Positions 47,540-57,531 of a DNA stretch of 64,000 nucleotides are shown here, piece after piece. The translations under genes and the position numbers were made by a program. Source of the stretch: an uncultured Desulfarculus sp. (GTDB taxonomy: Bacteria; Desulfobacterota; Desulfarculia; Desulfarculales; Desulfarculaceae). Where the stretch lies: contig CAXXUK010000001.1 in the NCBI GenBank assembly GCA_963665125.2, forward strand, positions 416,001 through 480,000, given 5' to 3'. How positions within the stretch are numbered: position 1 is the stretch's first letter; the number at the start of each line of letters is the position of its first letter. The notes beneath the pieces were generated by a model that was given only the letters and a program-made list of their open reading frames with translations, was not told where the DNA came from and did not search any database.

Positions 47540-49006
47540 ATGCCACAAGTGCTTATAATTGATGATGATCCGCTGATCTGTGAGATGCTGGCGGCCAAGC
47601 TGGGCAAGATGGGGTGCGATACCGATAGCGCCCATACCCTTTCCCACGGGCTGGACCGCGCGGTCTGTGAAAACTACGATGTGGTTTACCTGGACGTGCG
47701 CATGCCCGACGGCAATGGCCTGGAACTGGTGGAAAAGATACGCAATACCGAGGCCTGCCCGGAAGTCATCATCATCACCGGTATGGGCGATCCCGAGGGC
47801 GCGGAAAAGGCTATCAACAGCGGGGCTTGGGACTACATAGAAAAAGGCTCGTCGATCAAGGATATGATCCTCCCCCTGATGCGGGCCCTGCAATACCGCG
47901 AGGAAAAACAATCCGCCGGCGTGGCCCGGGCCCTGAAGCGCGATAATATAATCGGCTCCAGCGAAAAGATGAAACAATGCTTTGATCTGATGGCCCAGGC
48001 CTCGGGTTCGCTGGCCAACGTGTTGATAACCGGCCAGACGGGCACGGGCAAGGAATTGTTCGCCAGGGCCATCCATGACAACAGCAAGGTGGCTGATAAC
48101 AGCTTTGTGGTGGTCGATTGCGCCGCCTTGCCCGAGACCCTTGTCGAAAGCATGCTGCTGGGGCACGAAAAGGGCGCCTTCACGGGCGCCGTTCAGGCAA
48201 GGGACGGTCTGGTGAGCCAGGCCAACGGCGGTACGCTTTTCCTTGATGAGGTCGGCGAACTGCCCATGACCATGCAAAAGGCGTTTTTGCGAGTCCTGCA
48301 GGAAAAGCGCTTTCGGCCCATCGGCTCCAAGCATGAGGTGAGCAGTAATTTCAGGCTGGTGGCGGCCACGAACCGGGACTTGGACAAGATGGCCGAAGAC
48401 GGCCGTTTCCGTCAAGACCTGCTGTACCGGCTGCGTTCGCTGATAATAGAATTGCCGCCGCTGAATGAGCGGCAAAGCGACATCGAGGAACTGACCATCC
48501 ATTATCTGACCCGCCTGAGTCAACGATGGGGCGTTGAAAACAAGGGCTTTACGCCGGATTTCCTGGAGACCCTGACCCATTACAGCTGGCCGGGCAATGT
48601 CCGGGAACTGTTCAACGTCCTCGAACAGGCCATGACCGCCGCCGGTCCTTCACCTACCATCTTCGCCAAACACCTGCCGGCGTCGATCCGCATCGCCAAG
48701 GCTGTTGACAGCATGACCAAGGCCGCGCCGGTCATGACCAAATCGGCGGCCGTTGATTCCGTTCAGCCGGTCGCTGATTTGTCGGGCCATGAACACGCCT
48801 TGATGGATTTCGGAGACAGGACTGAAGATATCAGGCCCCTTGCCGGTGTTCTGGAAAAGGCCATGAACCAGGTGGAGGAGTCTTATCTGCGCAACCTGAT
48901 GGACAATGTCGGCTGGGATATCAAAGAGGCCTGCGTCATATCCGAATTGTCCAGGACAAGCCTTTACAACCGCCTGAAAAAATACGGGGTCAGCCGCAAA
49001 TCCTAG
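47540..49006 (+). CDS. Sigma54-dependent response regulator (NtrC family)
   Basis: IDDD/DVRMPDG receiver, GQTGTGKE, GAFTGA, WPGNVRE, C-terminal HTH. Confidence 0.95.
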   Translation: MPQVLIIDDDPLICEMLAAKLGKMGCDTDSAHTLSHGLDRAVCENYDVVYLDVRMPDGNGLELVEKIRNTEACPEVIIITGMGDPEGAEKAINSGAWDYIEKGSSIKDMILPLMRALQYREEKQSAGVARALKRDNIIGSSEKMKQCFDLMAQASGSLANVLITGQTGTGKELFARAIHDNSKVADNSFVVVDCAALPETLVESMLLGHEKGAFTGAVQARDGLVSQANGGTLFLDEVGELPMTMQKAFLRVLQEKRFRPIGSKHEVSSNFRLVAATNRDLDKMAEDGRFRQDLLYRLRSLIIELPPLNERQSDIEELTIHYLTRLSQRWGVENKGFTPDFLETLTHYSWPGNVRELFNVLEQAMTAAGPSPTIFAKHLPASIRIAKAVDSMTKAAPVMTKSAAVDSVQPVADLSGHEHALMDFGDRTEDIRPLAGVLEKAMNQVEESYLRNLMDNVGWDIKEACVISELSRTSLYNRLKKYGVSRKS

Positions 49007-49353
49007 ATTTCGCTCAGTGCCTGTTCCAACCGGATGAACAGATCGTCCATCTGGTTGAGGCCAGTTTCCGCGCCGCTTAGCCGCCACCCGGCAATGCAGT
49101 TTTGAATCTGGCGCTCCAGGTCCTCCAACTCGCCCAGGTAATCATTGACAATGGTTCTGGCCTTGCTGTCGGCGTGTTCGCTCAGGCTAAGCCTCACCAG
49201 CATGGGCACCAGGTCGATCAGGGCCGGTTGATGCCCTTCGATGAGCCTGTTGTCCACTCCGCTCAGGTGCTTGAAAATTGCAGGTAAATCATGGGCAAGG
49301 TCAATTTTGTATTCCGGTTCAACCGAAACCCTGATTTGTTGATATTTACTCAT
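49003..49353 (-). CDS. Hypothetical helical protein
   Basis: 116 aa; GGGAGGGGG RBS; follows the ATP-grasp gene on the same strand. Confidence 0.65.
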   Translation of the reverse strand: MSKYQQIRVSVEPEYKIDLAHDLPAIFKHLSGVDNRLIEGHQPALIDLVPMLVRLSLSEHADSKARTIVNDYLGELEDLERQIQNCIAGWRLSGAETGLNQMDDLFIRLEQALSEI

Positions 49354-49369
49354 GCGCCCCCTCCCTTGG

Positions 49370-50146
49370 TCAGATTTCGCCAGCCATTATTTTATCGGCT
49401 ACCACCCGCACCACGTCGATACCGGCCATCATCGGCCCGTTTCGCCCGTATTTTACGTTGAACTCCAGCAACAAGGGCCTGCTGTCGACCCAGGCGACAT
49501 CCACGCCCACTTCGTCCAAATTGGCCTGTTTGGCCAGGTTGACGGCCAGATCCACCGCCTCGGCTGGAACGTTATTGAAATCCACCGATCCGCCTTGGGC
49601 CACGTTGGCGCGGAATTCGCCGGGCCGGCAGACCCGCCAATAGGCGCACACCGGCTCGAAATGGATCACCACCACCCGTACGTCACGGGTGATGGCCAGC
49701 TTTTCCTGAATCAGGGCGGTATTGTGGTTTGCCAGATAGGCAGCCAGGGCCGCCGGACCGTCAATTATGAAAATGCCCCGGCCCAAGGCCGACCTGCGGG
49801 GGGTCTTGGCGATGAACGGGAAGGGGAAGTGCTCCAGGATTTTTTCCCGCTGGCGGCCGTAAAAGATCCTGGTCCTGGGGTGGGGCAGGTTCAGCAGATC
49901 GAACAGTGCGTTTTGGCGGATTTTGTCGCATTCAAACAGGTGGCATTCCAGCGAAGGAAAAATGGCCTTGCCCATGGCGTGCAACTGGGCGGCAAAGGCG
50001 TCGGTGGGGTAATAGATTTTTTCGGCCCGGCCGATCAACTCCAGGCTCTCCGGAGGATAGTCCGTGAGATTGGGCCGCAGACCCAGGGTGGTGACCCAAT
50101 CGAAACGGCTCAGCCGGGAGCCTATGGCCACCACCGGCGTTTTCAC
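49370..50146 (-). CDS. RimK-like ATP-grasp protein
   Basis: DK, PRT, FP.IAK....S..GRG, QE, DVRVVV, FRAN.AQGG, GVD, LEFN; GTG start overlaps the GNAT stop. Confidence 0.85.
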   Translation of the reverse strand: MKTPVVAIGSRLSRFDWVTTLGLRPNLTDYPPESLELIGRAEKIYYPTDAFAAQLHAMGKAIFPSLECHLFECDKIRQNALFDLLNLPHPRTRIFYGRQREKILEHFPFPFIAKTPRRSALGRGIFIIDGPAALAAYLANHNTALIQEKLAITRDVRVVVIHFEPVCAYWRVCRPGEFRANVAQGGSVDFNNVPAEAVDLAVNLAKQANLDEVGVDVAWVDSRPLLLEFNVKYGRNGPMMAGIDVVRVVADKIMAGEI

Positions 50147-50625
50147 GCCCCGCCGCCGTCCAGGTTTTTGACGAAATTGGCCACCTCGGGGCGCTCCTGC
50201 CAGCCGCGCTTGGCATAAAAGTTCCTGGCATAGGACTGGTGGGTTCGTCCTGTAATGAGCATCAGCCGGTGGCAGTCGTTTTGGGCGGCCCACGTTTCGA
50301 TATTGCTTAACAGCATCGACCCCACGCCCATGCCCCGCCAATCCGCGGCGATGAACAGTTCCGAGACGTAGCATTCCCTGGCCGGCAGGATCATGTAGGG
50401 TTGCAGATGGGCCGAAGCGTATCCGACGATTTGGCCGCCGTCTTCTTGGGCCACCAGGACGTGGTGGCCAGGGCCGTCGATGCATGCGGCCAGATGTTCG
50501 GCCATGGCAGGCGCGTCGCCTTGGGCGGGCACCACGTGGCTCAGCCACGCAACACTGCGGACAATGGCCAGGATGGCGGAAAAATCGTCATATGCGGCCG
50601 GGCGTATGGTCACGGAGCCGTTCAA
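50143..50625 (-). CDS. GNAT-family acetyltransferase
   Basis: IRPA, ELFI...WRGMGVG, A..FY.KRG. Confidence 0.88.
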   Translation of the reverse strand: MNGSVTIRPAAYDDFSAILAIVRSVAWLSHVVPAQGDAPAMAEHLAACIDGPGHHVLVAQEDGGQIVGYASAHLQPYMILPARECYVSELFIAADWRGMGVGSMLLSNIETWAAQNDCHRLMLITGRTHQSYARNFYAKRGWQERPEVANFVKNLDGGGA

Positions 50626-50652
50626 GGATGTTCCCCCCGAGAAAAGTAAGGC

Positions 50653-51028
50653 CCGGACGGAGCCGAACTGTAAGCCGAGTTCTGTTCCCGGCCCAAAGGC
50701 CGGGCGGTGATCATTCCTCTAGGACGGCGGTTACCCGCCGCCTCAAGCAACCTACCCGGAGGCTTCGGACGGGCCGCCCTCGAACGCCTCCCTATTTGGT
50801 CTTGCACCGGGTGGGGTTTGCCTAGCCAGGGACGTCACCGCCCCTGCTGGTGAGCTCTTACCTCACCGTTTCACCCTTGCCGCCGCCAATGGCGGAGGCG
50901 GTTTGTTTTCTGTGGCACTTTCCGTGGGGTCACCCCCCCTGGCCGTTAGCCAGCACCCCGCCCTGCGGTGCTCGGACTTTCCTCCCGTCCACGAGTGGAC
51001 CGGCGATCACCCGTTCAACTTCGTCCGG
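50653..51028 (-). ncRNA. rnpB: RNase P RNA (bacterial type A)
   Basis: Minus strand carries GAGGAAAGTCCGAGC, GAAAGTGCCACAGAAA, GGTAAGAGCTCACC and ACAGAACTCGGCTTA; the ends pair to form P1. Confidence 0.97.
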
Positions 51029-51053
51029 ACCTTTTCGAGCTTATTAAGCCGAT

Positions 51054-51650
51054 TTAGCGGCCCCGGTCCATGGCCTGGTTGGCCAGACCGTCGGCACGCT
51101 GATTTAATTCTCTTCTGATATGAATAATATGCGCCCGGTCAAAGCGTTGCAACAGTGCTTTGGCTTTTGCATAGAAAGGTTTGAGGTGTTCGGCCCTGAC
51201 CTTGTATTGGCCGTTTAGCTGTTTGACCAGCAACTCGCTGTCCAGCTTGGCCGTAATTTCACGGGCCTTCAATTCGGCGGCGGCTTCAAGGCCCATGATC
51301 AGGCCGTGGTACTCGGCCACGTTATTTGTGGTGTTGCCCAGGAATTTGCTTAGGGCCAACAACTCGTTGCCTTGGTCGTCGCTAACCACCGCTCCGGCCC
51401 CGGCCGGGCCGGGGTTGCCCCGGGAACCGCCGTCGGCCATTATCACCAGATGGCCGGCATGCCCGGTTTGCCTGGGGCTTGGCTTGGGCGGCTCGACCGG
51501 GGTGAACCCCATGGCGGCCGCGCCGCGTTCCAGACAATTGGCCATGGTGTCGGCGTCGGCGGGCAAGGTGTATTGACCTTTGCGGAGGCTGCAGGCCATT
51601 TCGGCTAGCAGCCGTCCGCACTGTTCAGCGGAGATCTCGGATTTGCTCAC
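51054..51650 (-). CDS. rnhA: Ribonuclease HI with an N-terminal extension
   Basis: DGGSRGNPG, TNNVAEY, DSEL.VKQ, RE.N..AD.LAN; GTG start overlaps the upstream stop. Confidence 0.9.
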   Translation of the reverse strand: MSKSEISAEQCGRLLAEMACSLRKGQYTLPADADTMANCLERGAAAMGFTPVEPPKPSPRQTGHAGHLVIMADGGSRGNPGPAGAGAVVSDDQGNELLALSKFLGNTTNNVAEYHGLIMGLEAAAELKAREITAKLDSELLVKQLNGQYKVRAEHLKPFYAKAKALLQRFDRAHIIHIRRELNQRADGLANQAMDRGR

Positions 51651-52372
51651 AGATCGCTGAACTGTTCCGCGTCGGCCCAATAAACAAGCCTGCGGCAGGA
51701 CGGGCAATGCATGACCTTGTCCATGCGCTGCAACTCATTGTATTGCTGGGGCGGCAGGTTCATATGGCAGCATGTGCAGTTGCCGTTGCTCACGCCGGCT
51801 ACGGCGACGCCCTGGCGGCGCTGGCGGATGAAATCGTATTCGCTCATCAACTGCGCATCAATGCCCTCAAGCATACCTTGGCGCTGCTTGGTGAGGACTT
51901 CGATCTCCTTGTTTAGGGTCGCCTGACGGGCTTCCAGATCTTTGCGGATCTTGGAATCAGAAGCAATCAGGCTATCCAACTGGTCTTGGATTTCCTTGGC
52001 CCTATTGTCGAGACTTTCGAAACGCTCCATGGCTTCAAGTAGCAGGTCCTCGGTTTCCTTGAGGGAATCCTTGGCTTCGTCGATCTCGGCGTTGGCGGCC
52101 TGATATTCCTTTTGGGTTTTGGAGCCCATGAGTCTGTTTTCGGCCTTGCGTTGCCGGTTTTTCAGCTCTTCGGCGCGGGCTTCCAGGTCGCTGCGGATCT
52201 TCGAGGCTTGTTCCAGTTCTTCCTTGGCCAGGCTCAGTTCGCTACCCACGATTCGCTGGGATTCTTCCATTTCGGAAAACTGGACCGGAATCTGGTTCAA
52301 TTCCTGCTCAACCTCATATGCTGATTTGTCCACAGCTTGCAGTTTTACCAACAAGCGTAGCTGCTCAATCAA
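51647..52372 (-). CDS. Coiled-coil protein with C4-type zinc ribbon (DUF164-like)
   Basis: L..LQ..D start, long coiled coil, CTCC...CPSC; usual nif3-rnhA context. Confidence 0.9.
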   Translation of the reverse strand: MIEQLRLLVKLQAVDKSAYEVEQELNQIPVQFSEMEESQRIVGSELSLAKEELEQASKIRSDLEARAEELKNRQRKAENRLMGSKTQKEYQAANAEIDEAKDSLKETEDLLLEAMERFESLDNRAKEIQDQLDSLIASDSKIRKDLEARQATLNKEIEVLTKQRQGMLEGIDAQLMSEYDFIRQRRQGVAVAGVSNGNCTCCHMNLPPQQYNELQRMDKVMHCPSCRRLVYWADAEQFSDL

Positions 52373-52427
52373 ATTAACACCTCCGATGAGTTGGCGACCA
52401 ATAGCTCATGCCTCGGCCCGGGCGTGG

Positions 52428-53564
52428 TCAGCACGCCGGCCTCCAGGGGCTGCGGCCGTCCATATAAGCTTGGATATCGCACGAAAAACCCCGGGCCGTC
52501 AACATTTCCGACAAATGGACGGCCCAGGGCTCGATAATTACCGCTTCAGTTTCAAAGTGGCCAAAACAGGCCAGACAAATCCCCAGGTCATTGGCCTGGT
52601 CAGCCGCATGATAGCGGGCTTCGCCGGTGATCAACACCTGGGCGCCGGCCGCCGCGGCCTGGGCCAGGAAGTCGCCGCCCGAACCGCCGACGACGGCCAC
52701 TCTCTCCACTGTTTGGGGCACCGGGCCGCAGATCTGGTGCGTCGCAACCCCAAGCAATTTCGCCGCCTTGGCCAGGAATTGTTGCCCGCTTTCAGGCTCA
52801 GGCAGACGGCCGACCTTGCCGATGCCGAACCCGCTGGGGGGCTGCGTTACGGGATACAGGTCGTATGCCGGTTCTTCATAGGGATGGACCGCCAACAGCG
52901 CCGCGATCACGCGGCCGGCCGCCGCCTTGGGCAGCACTGTTTCCAGGCGAAGCTCTTGTTCGGTGTGCCACCCGCCAGGCTCACCGGCAAAAGGTTTGCC
53001 GTCGGCCGGCACCAGATAGCTGCCCTGGCCCGCCGCGGCAAAGGAACAATGGCTGTATTTTCCGATTTGGCCCGCGCCGGCAGCGAAAAGCGTTTCGGCC
53101 ACCTGGTCGTGATGGCTGGGCGGCACGAATACGGTCAGCTTGAGCTGACTCTCCGGCGCGGCTGGTTCCAAAATTTTGGTGTCCACCAAGCCCAACCTGT
53201 CGGCCAGGGCGTCGTTGACTCCCAGAGGCGCGGCGTCGAGATTGGTGTGGGCCGCGAAAAGGGCGACGCCGGAACTTACGGCCTTGATCAGTCTGGCGGT
53301 GGCCGGGTTGTCCAGCCTTAGGTTGCCCAATGGTTTGAACAGGGGCGGGTGGTGGGTCAGGATCATCTGCGCGCCGCTGGAAACGGCCTTGTCCAGCAGG
53401 TCCGGGGTCAGTTCCAGGGCCACCATGGCCCGGTCCACCTCCCAACCGGGGTTTCCCGCCAACAGGCCCACCCGATCCCAGTCCTCCGCGGTCCAGGACG
53501 GAGCCCACCGCTCCATTATCTGAACAATATCGCCGACCTTTGGTTTTTGGGCCGTTGAATCCAT
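52428..53564 (-). CDS. Nif3-like dinuclear metal-centre protein with PII-like insert
   Basis: AEDWD.VGL, THHP, HTNLD, HPYEEPA, GHFETE. Confidence 0.93.
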   Translation of the reverse strand: MDSTAQKPKVGDIVQIMERWAPSWTAEDWDRVGLLAGNPGWEVDRAMVALELTPDLLDKAVSSGAQMILTHHPPLFKPLGNLRLDNPATARLIKAVSSGVALFAAHTNLDAAPLGVNDALADRLGLVDTKILEPAAPESQLKLTVFVPPSHHDQVAETLFAAGAGQIGKYSHCSFAAAGQGSYLVPADGKPFAGEPGGWHTEQELRLETVLPKAAAGRVIAALLAVHPYEEPAYDLYPVTQPPSGFGIGKVGRLPEPESGQQFLAKAAKLLGVATHQICGPVPQTVERVAVVGGSGGDFLAQAAAAGAQVLITGEARYHAADQANDLGICLACFGHFETEAVIIEPWAVHLSEMLTARGFSCDIQAYMDGRSPWRPAC

Positions 53565-53690
53565 GGGCTTACAAACAATCAGGCACCCCCGCTAGAGGGC
53601 GCCCATTTCAAGGCCTTTGTTCTCACTTGCCGCATATTGCCATTGTTTGCGGCGTGCTAGTGGTGGCATCGGCCTTCTCCAGAAAATATG

Positions 53691-53767
53691 TGGTGGGCCC
53701 ACCTGGCTTCGAACCAGGGACTAACCGGTTATGAGCCGGTGGCTCTACCAAACTGAGCTATGGGCCC
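53691..53767 (-). tRNA. tRNA with CAT anticodon, most likely tRNA-Ile2 (lysidine)
   Basis: GGGCCCATAGCTCAGTTTGGTAGAGCCACCGGCTCATAACCGGTTAGTCCCTGGTTCGAAGCCAGGTGGGCCCACCA; cloverleaf, encoded CCA, paired 1:72, C4-C5. Confidence 0.95.
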
Positions 53768-53784
53768 GCAATTCCGAATTACTG

Positions 53785-53812
53785 ATTATGTACGCCCGGC
53801 TGGTCCTGTCAA
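53785..53812 (-). promoter_or_regulatory. Putative sigma70 promoter of the tRNA-nif3 unit
   Basis: TTGACA-16 nt-CATAAT on the minus strand. Confidence 0.55.
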
Positions 53813-53844
53813 GACTGTCACGGGCCGGAGACGGCATCGTTTTT

Positions 53845-54708
53845 TCAAAACGCGCATTGTAGCAGAGATTCCATTGTACCGCCCAGGATCATTTCCCGCT
53901 CATAGGCGCCGAGGTCCAAGGTGTCGAACCACTCAAGATACAGGCACGGCTCCCGGAACGGCGCGTCGGAGCCGTAGACGACGCGATCTGAGCCCTTGCC
54001 CTTGATGATGGCCAAGACCTGCTCCGGCGGGATGAGGTAGCCGATCCAGGAAAGGTCGTAATACACGTTGTCCAGTTCATTGAGCTTTTTGATATGCTCC
54101 CAGCCATAGCAACTGCCGCCGTGGGCCGCGATGAATTTCGTGCCGGGGTGGGCCAAGGCCAGTGCCGCCAATTCGTCAGCCTCGCAGCCGTGCAGGCCAA
54201 AGGCGTCAAGCAGGGGGCCCATGTGGGGTTTGGCGGCCACCAGGCCTTCGTCTTGCAGTGTGTCGATCAAAACCGGCAATCCGCTCTGCTCGATGGCGTC
54301 GAACATCCTGGCCGTTTCGGGGGTGTCCAGCCGGAACCTCTGAATGAACGGATGCACCTTGATGCCTTTGATGCCCAGTTCCAGGATGGTCTGCATCTCG
54401 GCCTGGAGGTCGCAACCGGGCAGCAGGGACCCAAAGGGTATTATTTGGTCGAACTTGGCGGCCTGTTCGGCCGACCAGCGGTTCATGAAGCTGACGCGCT
54501 CCACACGGCTGGTGACTGGTAGAAGAACGAAGCGGTCCACGCTGCAATTCAGCTGTGCGTTGATTACGTCTTCCAGGGTCCCGCCCATGGCCAGACGCCA
54601 TTTATGGGGGTCATCGTCGGGCATCGACTCGTCTAAAAAGGCTAATCTTTGAACGAGTCCTTCGATATCTTCGGGTAAAAAGGCATGGCAGTGTGCGTCT
54701 ATGATCAT
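53845..54708 (-). CDS. Amidohydrolase-family (Amidohydro_2) metal-dependent hydrolase
   Basis: IDAHCH, GIKVHP, AHGG, VYYDLS, YGSDAP. Confidence 0.9.
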   Translation of the reverse strand: MIIDAHCHAFLPEDIEGLVQRLAFLDESMPDDDPHKWRLAMGGTLEDVINAQLNCSVDRFVLLPVTSRVERVSFMNRWSAEQAAKFDQIIPFGSLLPGCDLQAEMQTILELGIKGIKVHPFIQRFRLDTPETARMFDAIEQSGLPVLIDTLQDEGLVAAKPHMGPLLDAFGLHGCEADELAALALAHPGTKFIAAHGGSCYGWEHIKKLNELDNVYYDLSWIGYLIPPEQVLAIIKGKGSDRVVYGSDAPFREPCLYLEWFDTLDLGAYEREMILGGTMESLLQCAF

Positions 54709-54875
54709 TTTTTATAGCACTTTTTTATTTGGCACCTAGAAAACTAGGGTTGCGGTGTAGTAATGTCAATGGACCGTCACCATCAAATATGGTGTGCCAC
54801 TGGGGAACTGTCAATATTTGGCAAGTATTCAGGTGTGCGCCGTAGCGTGGACCACAAGGCAAGGGGGTTTCATAA

Positions 54876-56825
54876 ATGGCTCTCAGGATTGGTATCAGCG
54901 GGAAAATTTTGTCCGGTGTCTTGGCTTCACTGATTCCCATGGCTGTAGTAATTCTCGTTTTGTCTTTTCAAGCAGCCGGGACCATAGGCAGCGGGGCCAA
55001 ACAGGACTTGGACCACATCACCCAAAACCTGCGCGCCCTATGCCAATCCCAGCAAGAGATCCTGCAAAAAAAAGTGGACAGTGATCTGTTGGTCGCGGTC
55101 AACGTTTTGGGGCAGTTCAGCTGGGACGCTCCCATGGCCAATCACCCGGACCAGAAAATGAAATGGACCGTGGTCAACCAGGAGACAAGGCAGTCAAAGG
55201 AAATGGAACTGCCGGTCCTGGTAGCCGGAGATCATGTGCTGTCGCAAAATTTTGAAGTCGCGGACAAGGTGAAGTCCCTGGTGGGCTCCGAGGTCGCCGT
55301 GTTTCAGCGCATGAACGAACAGGGAGACCTGCTAAATGTCTCGACTACGGTCAAGGATGGCGACAAAAGGGCCATTGGCACCTATATGCCGGCGTCTTCC
55401 CCCGTGGCCCAAAGCCTTGTGGCCAACAAGCCTTATCGAGGCAGGGCATTCGTGGTGGACGGCTGGTACATCACCACCTATCGGCCCATGATGGATATGA
55501 ATGAAAAGGTCGTGGGCGGGCTCTACGTCGGCGTGCCGGAACTTTCGGCCAAGAGCCTGCTGGACACCTTCCGCAAGGTCAAGGTTTACGAATCTGGCTT
55601 TGCATTTGTGCTCAACAAACAGGGCGAGATGATCGTTCATCCCAAATTCGCCGGGAAAAACATGATCAATCACCCCCAGGTTGGCACTGTAATCGCCAAA
55701 TTGCTTGAGTCGCTGTCCGGCGAGGGTCTTGACGGCAAGGTGGACAGCCTCATCTATACGGATCCGTCGGGCCGTGAGGCCGAGATGTGCTTCACCACTT
55801 TCAAGCCCTGGGACTGGGTCATCGGCGTGGTCGTTTATGAAGACGAAATGATGGCCGGCGTTCATACCATGACCCTGACCGCGTGGACCGTTCTCGGCTT
55901 GAGCATTATTATCATGGCCCCATTCGGCTGGTACCTCAGCCGCAGCTTGGCCAAACCCCTTATCGGCTCCATCAAAGTGCTCAATGACGGCGCCCAGCGC
56001 ATGAACGAAAACGCGGCCACGCTCAGCAGCTCTTCCCAGAGCCTGGCCGAAGGGTCCAGCGAACAGGCGGCTGCCCTGGAGGAGACATCGGCTTCCCTTG
56101 AACAGATGTCTTCGATGACCAAGCGGACGGCCAGCGACGCCACCGAGGCCGACAATTCCATGAGCAAGGCCAAGGAACTGGTTGAACAGGCCGGGATGGA
56201 TATGCGGGAGATGGGCGATTCCATGTCCAAGATTGCCGAGGCGGGTCAGCAAATCGGCAAAATCATCAAAACCATCGATGAGATAGCCTTCCAGACCAAT
56301 ATACTGGCTCTCAACGCCGCCGTGGAAGCGGCCAGGGCCGGCGAGGCCGGCGCTGGGTTCGCCGTGGTGGCCGACGAGGTGCGGGCCCTGGCCCTGCGTT
56401 CGGCTCAGGCCTCCAACGACACCCAGAGCCTGATCGAAGACGTTGTGAAGCGGATCAACCAGGGTGCCGAACTGGTTAGCAGGACCAGGGAAGGTTTTGA
56501 GGCCATGGCCGAGTCCTCCGGCCACGCCGCGGATTTGATCAGCAACATATCCACGGCCAGCGACGAACAGGCCAGGGGCATCGAGCAGGTGAGCAAGGCT
56601 CTGCACCAGATGGACTCCGTGGTTCAGAAAAACGCCGCTCAGGCCGAGGAAGCCGCCGCGGCCGCCGAGGAGATGGAAACCCAGGCCAGGTCCGTTGACC
56701 AGGTCGTCAAGGATTTGCGCGGCCTGGTGGACGGCACGTCCACGGAAAACCGCAACGGTAAAAAGAACAAATCGGTTAAGCTGGCCAAAGGCGCCGACCG
56801 GCAACTGCAACTGCCCGGCCGCTAA
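54876..56825 (+). CDS. Methyl-accepting chemotaxis protein with a Cache-type sensor
   Basis: Two TM segments; [16 protein letters not shown] Cache motif; [33 protein letters not shown]. Confidence 0.95.
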   Translation: MALRIGISGKILSGVLASLIPMAVVILVLSFQAAGTIGSGAKQDLDHITQNLRALCQSQQEILQKKVDSDLLVAVNVLGQFSWDAPMANHPDQKMKWTVVNQETRQSKEMELPVLVAGDHVLSQNFEVADKVKSLVGSEVAVFQRMNEQGDLLNVSTTVKDGDKRAIGTYMPASSPVAQSLVANKPYRGRAFVVDGWYITTYRPMMDMNEKVVGGLYVGVPELSAKSLLDTFRKVKVYESGFAFVLNKQGEMIVHPKFAGKNMINHPQVGTVIAKLLESLSGEGLDGKVDSLIYTDPSGREAEMCFTTFKPWDWVIGVVVYEDEMMAGVHTMTLTAWTVLGLSIIIMAPFGWYLSRSLAKPLIGSIKVLNDGAQRMNENAATLSSSSQSLAEGSSEQAAALEETSASLEQMSSMTKRTASDATEADNSMSKAKELVEQAGMDMREMGDSMSKIAEAGQQIGKIIKTIDEIAFQTNILALNAAVEAARAGEAGAGFAVVADEVRALALRSAQASNDTQSLIEDVVKRINQGAELVSRTREGFEAMAESSGHAADLISNISTASDEQARGIEQVSKALHQMDSVVQKNAAQAEEAAAAAEEMETQARSVDQVVKDLRGLVDGTSTENRNGKKNKSVKLAKGADRQLQLPGR

Positions 56826-56843
56826 TAACTAAATCAACGAAAC

Positions 56844-56873
56844 GGCTCCAGGGGATTTCGAACCCCTGGAGCC
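56844..56873 (+). terminator. Hairpin terminator
   Basis: GGCTCCAGGGG/CCCCTGGAGCC stem after the MCP gene. Confidence 0.6.
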
Positions 56874-56889
56874 TGTGTTATTGTTGGAT

Positions 56890-57399
56890 ATGATTTTTTT
56901 GGGTCATATCGGGACGTCTGTGTTCTTGGCGTCGAAAATGGCGCCGGACAAGTTCAGTGGCTGGCAGGCCTTTTGGGCCACGGCCTTTTGCGCCTACCTG
57001 CCCGACCTCATTGACAAGCCTGTTTTTTGGCTGGGCTTCGCGCCGGCCCACACCGGCAGACTTTGGGCCCACGGAATATTGTTTTCCGTAGTATTTTGCC
57101 TGGCCTGCCGTCAATGGATCCCCGCCCTTTGGCCTTGGGCGCTGGCCACGCCGTTCCATCTGGTTTGCGACCGCATCTGGGTGTCGCCCCACACCCTGTT
57201 TTGGCCGTTTCTCGGCACTGGTTTTGATGAAAACCTGCCTGTCGGAGTGGCCCATTACCAACTCGCCGCTTTCCTGAATCATCAAGTGGAACACAACTTG
57301 TTGCCCTTTGCCTTTGATTTGACGGCCGAAGTAGCCGGTTTTATGATGTTGGCATATGTACTAAAGTCCGCGTTTGCCAAACCGGCGCGGATAAATTGA
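56890..57399 (+). CDS. Membrane-bound metal-dependent hydrolase (YdjM-like)
   Basis: GH, LPD.IDKP, R...H, HL..D, LFWPF. Confidence 0.78.
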   Translation: MIFLGHIGTSVFLASKMAPDKFSGWQAFWATAFCAYLPDLIDKPVFWLGFAPAHTGRLWAHGILFSVVFCLACRQWIPALWPWALATPFHLVCDRIWVSPHTLFWPFLGTGFDENLPVGVAHYQLAAFLNHQVEHNLLPFAFDLTAEVAGFMMLAYVLKSAFAKPARIN

Positions 57400-57531
57400 T
57401 CTTTATCGCAATGGTTTACAAGCTCCGCCCCCTGTGATAGAAACGGCTCAACCGCCTATTTCGGCGGGAGGCGCGGCCACTCACCATGAAGCCGCCAACC
57501 CAAATACGCAAACAGCCTGGAACCGCGAATA

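Noticed and set aside
53560..57500. Genomic island integrated at the tRNA
   Set aside because: No integrase and no duplicate of the tRNA 3' end were found; nif3 follows the tRNA directly.
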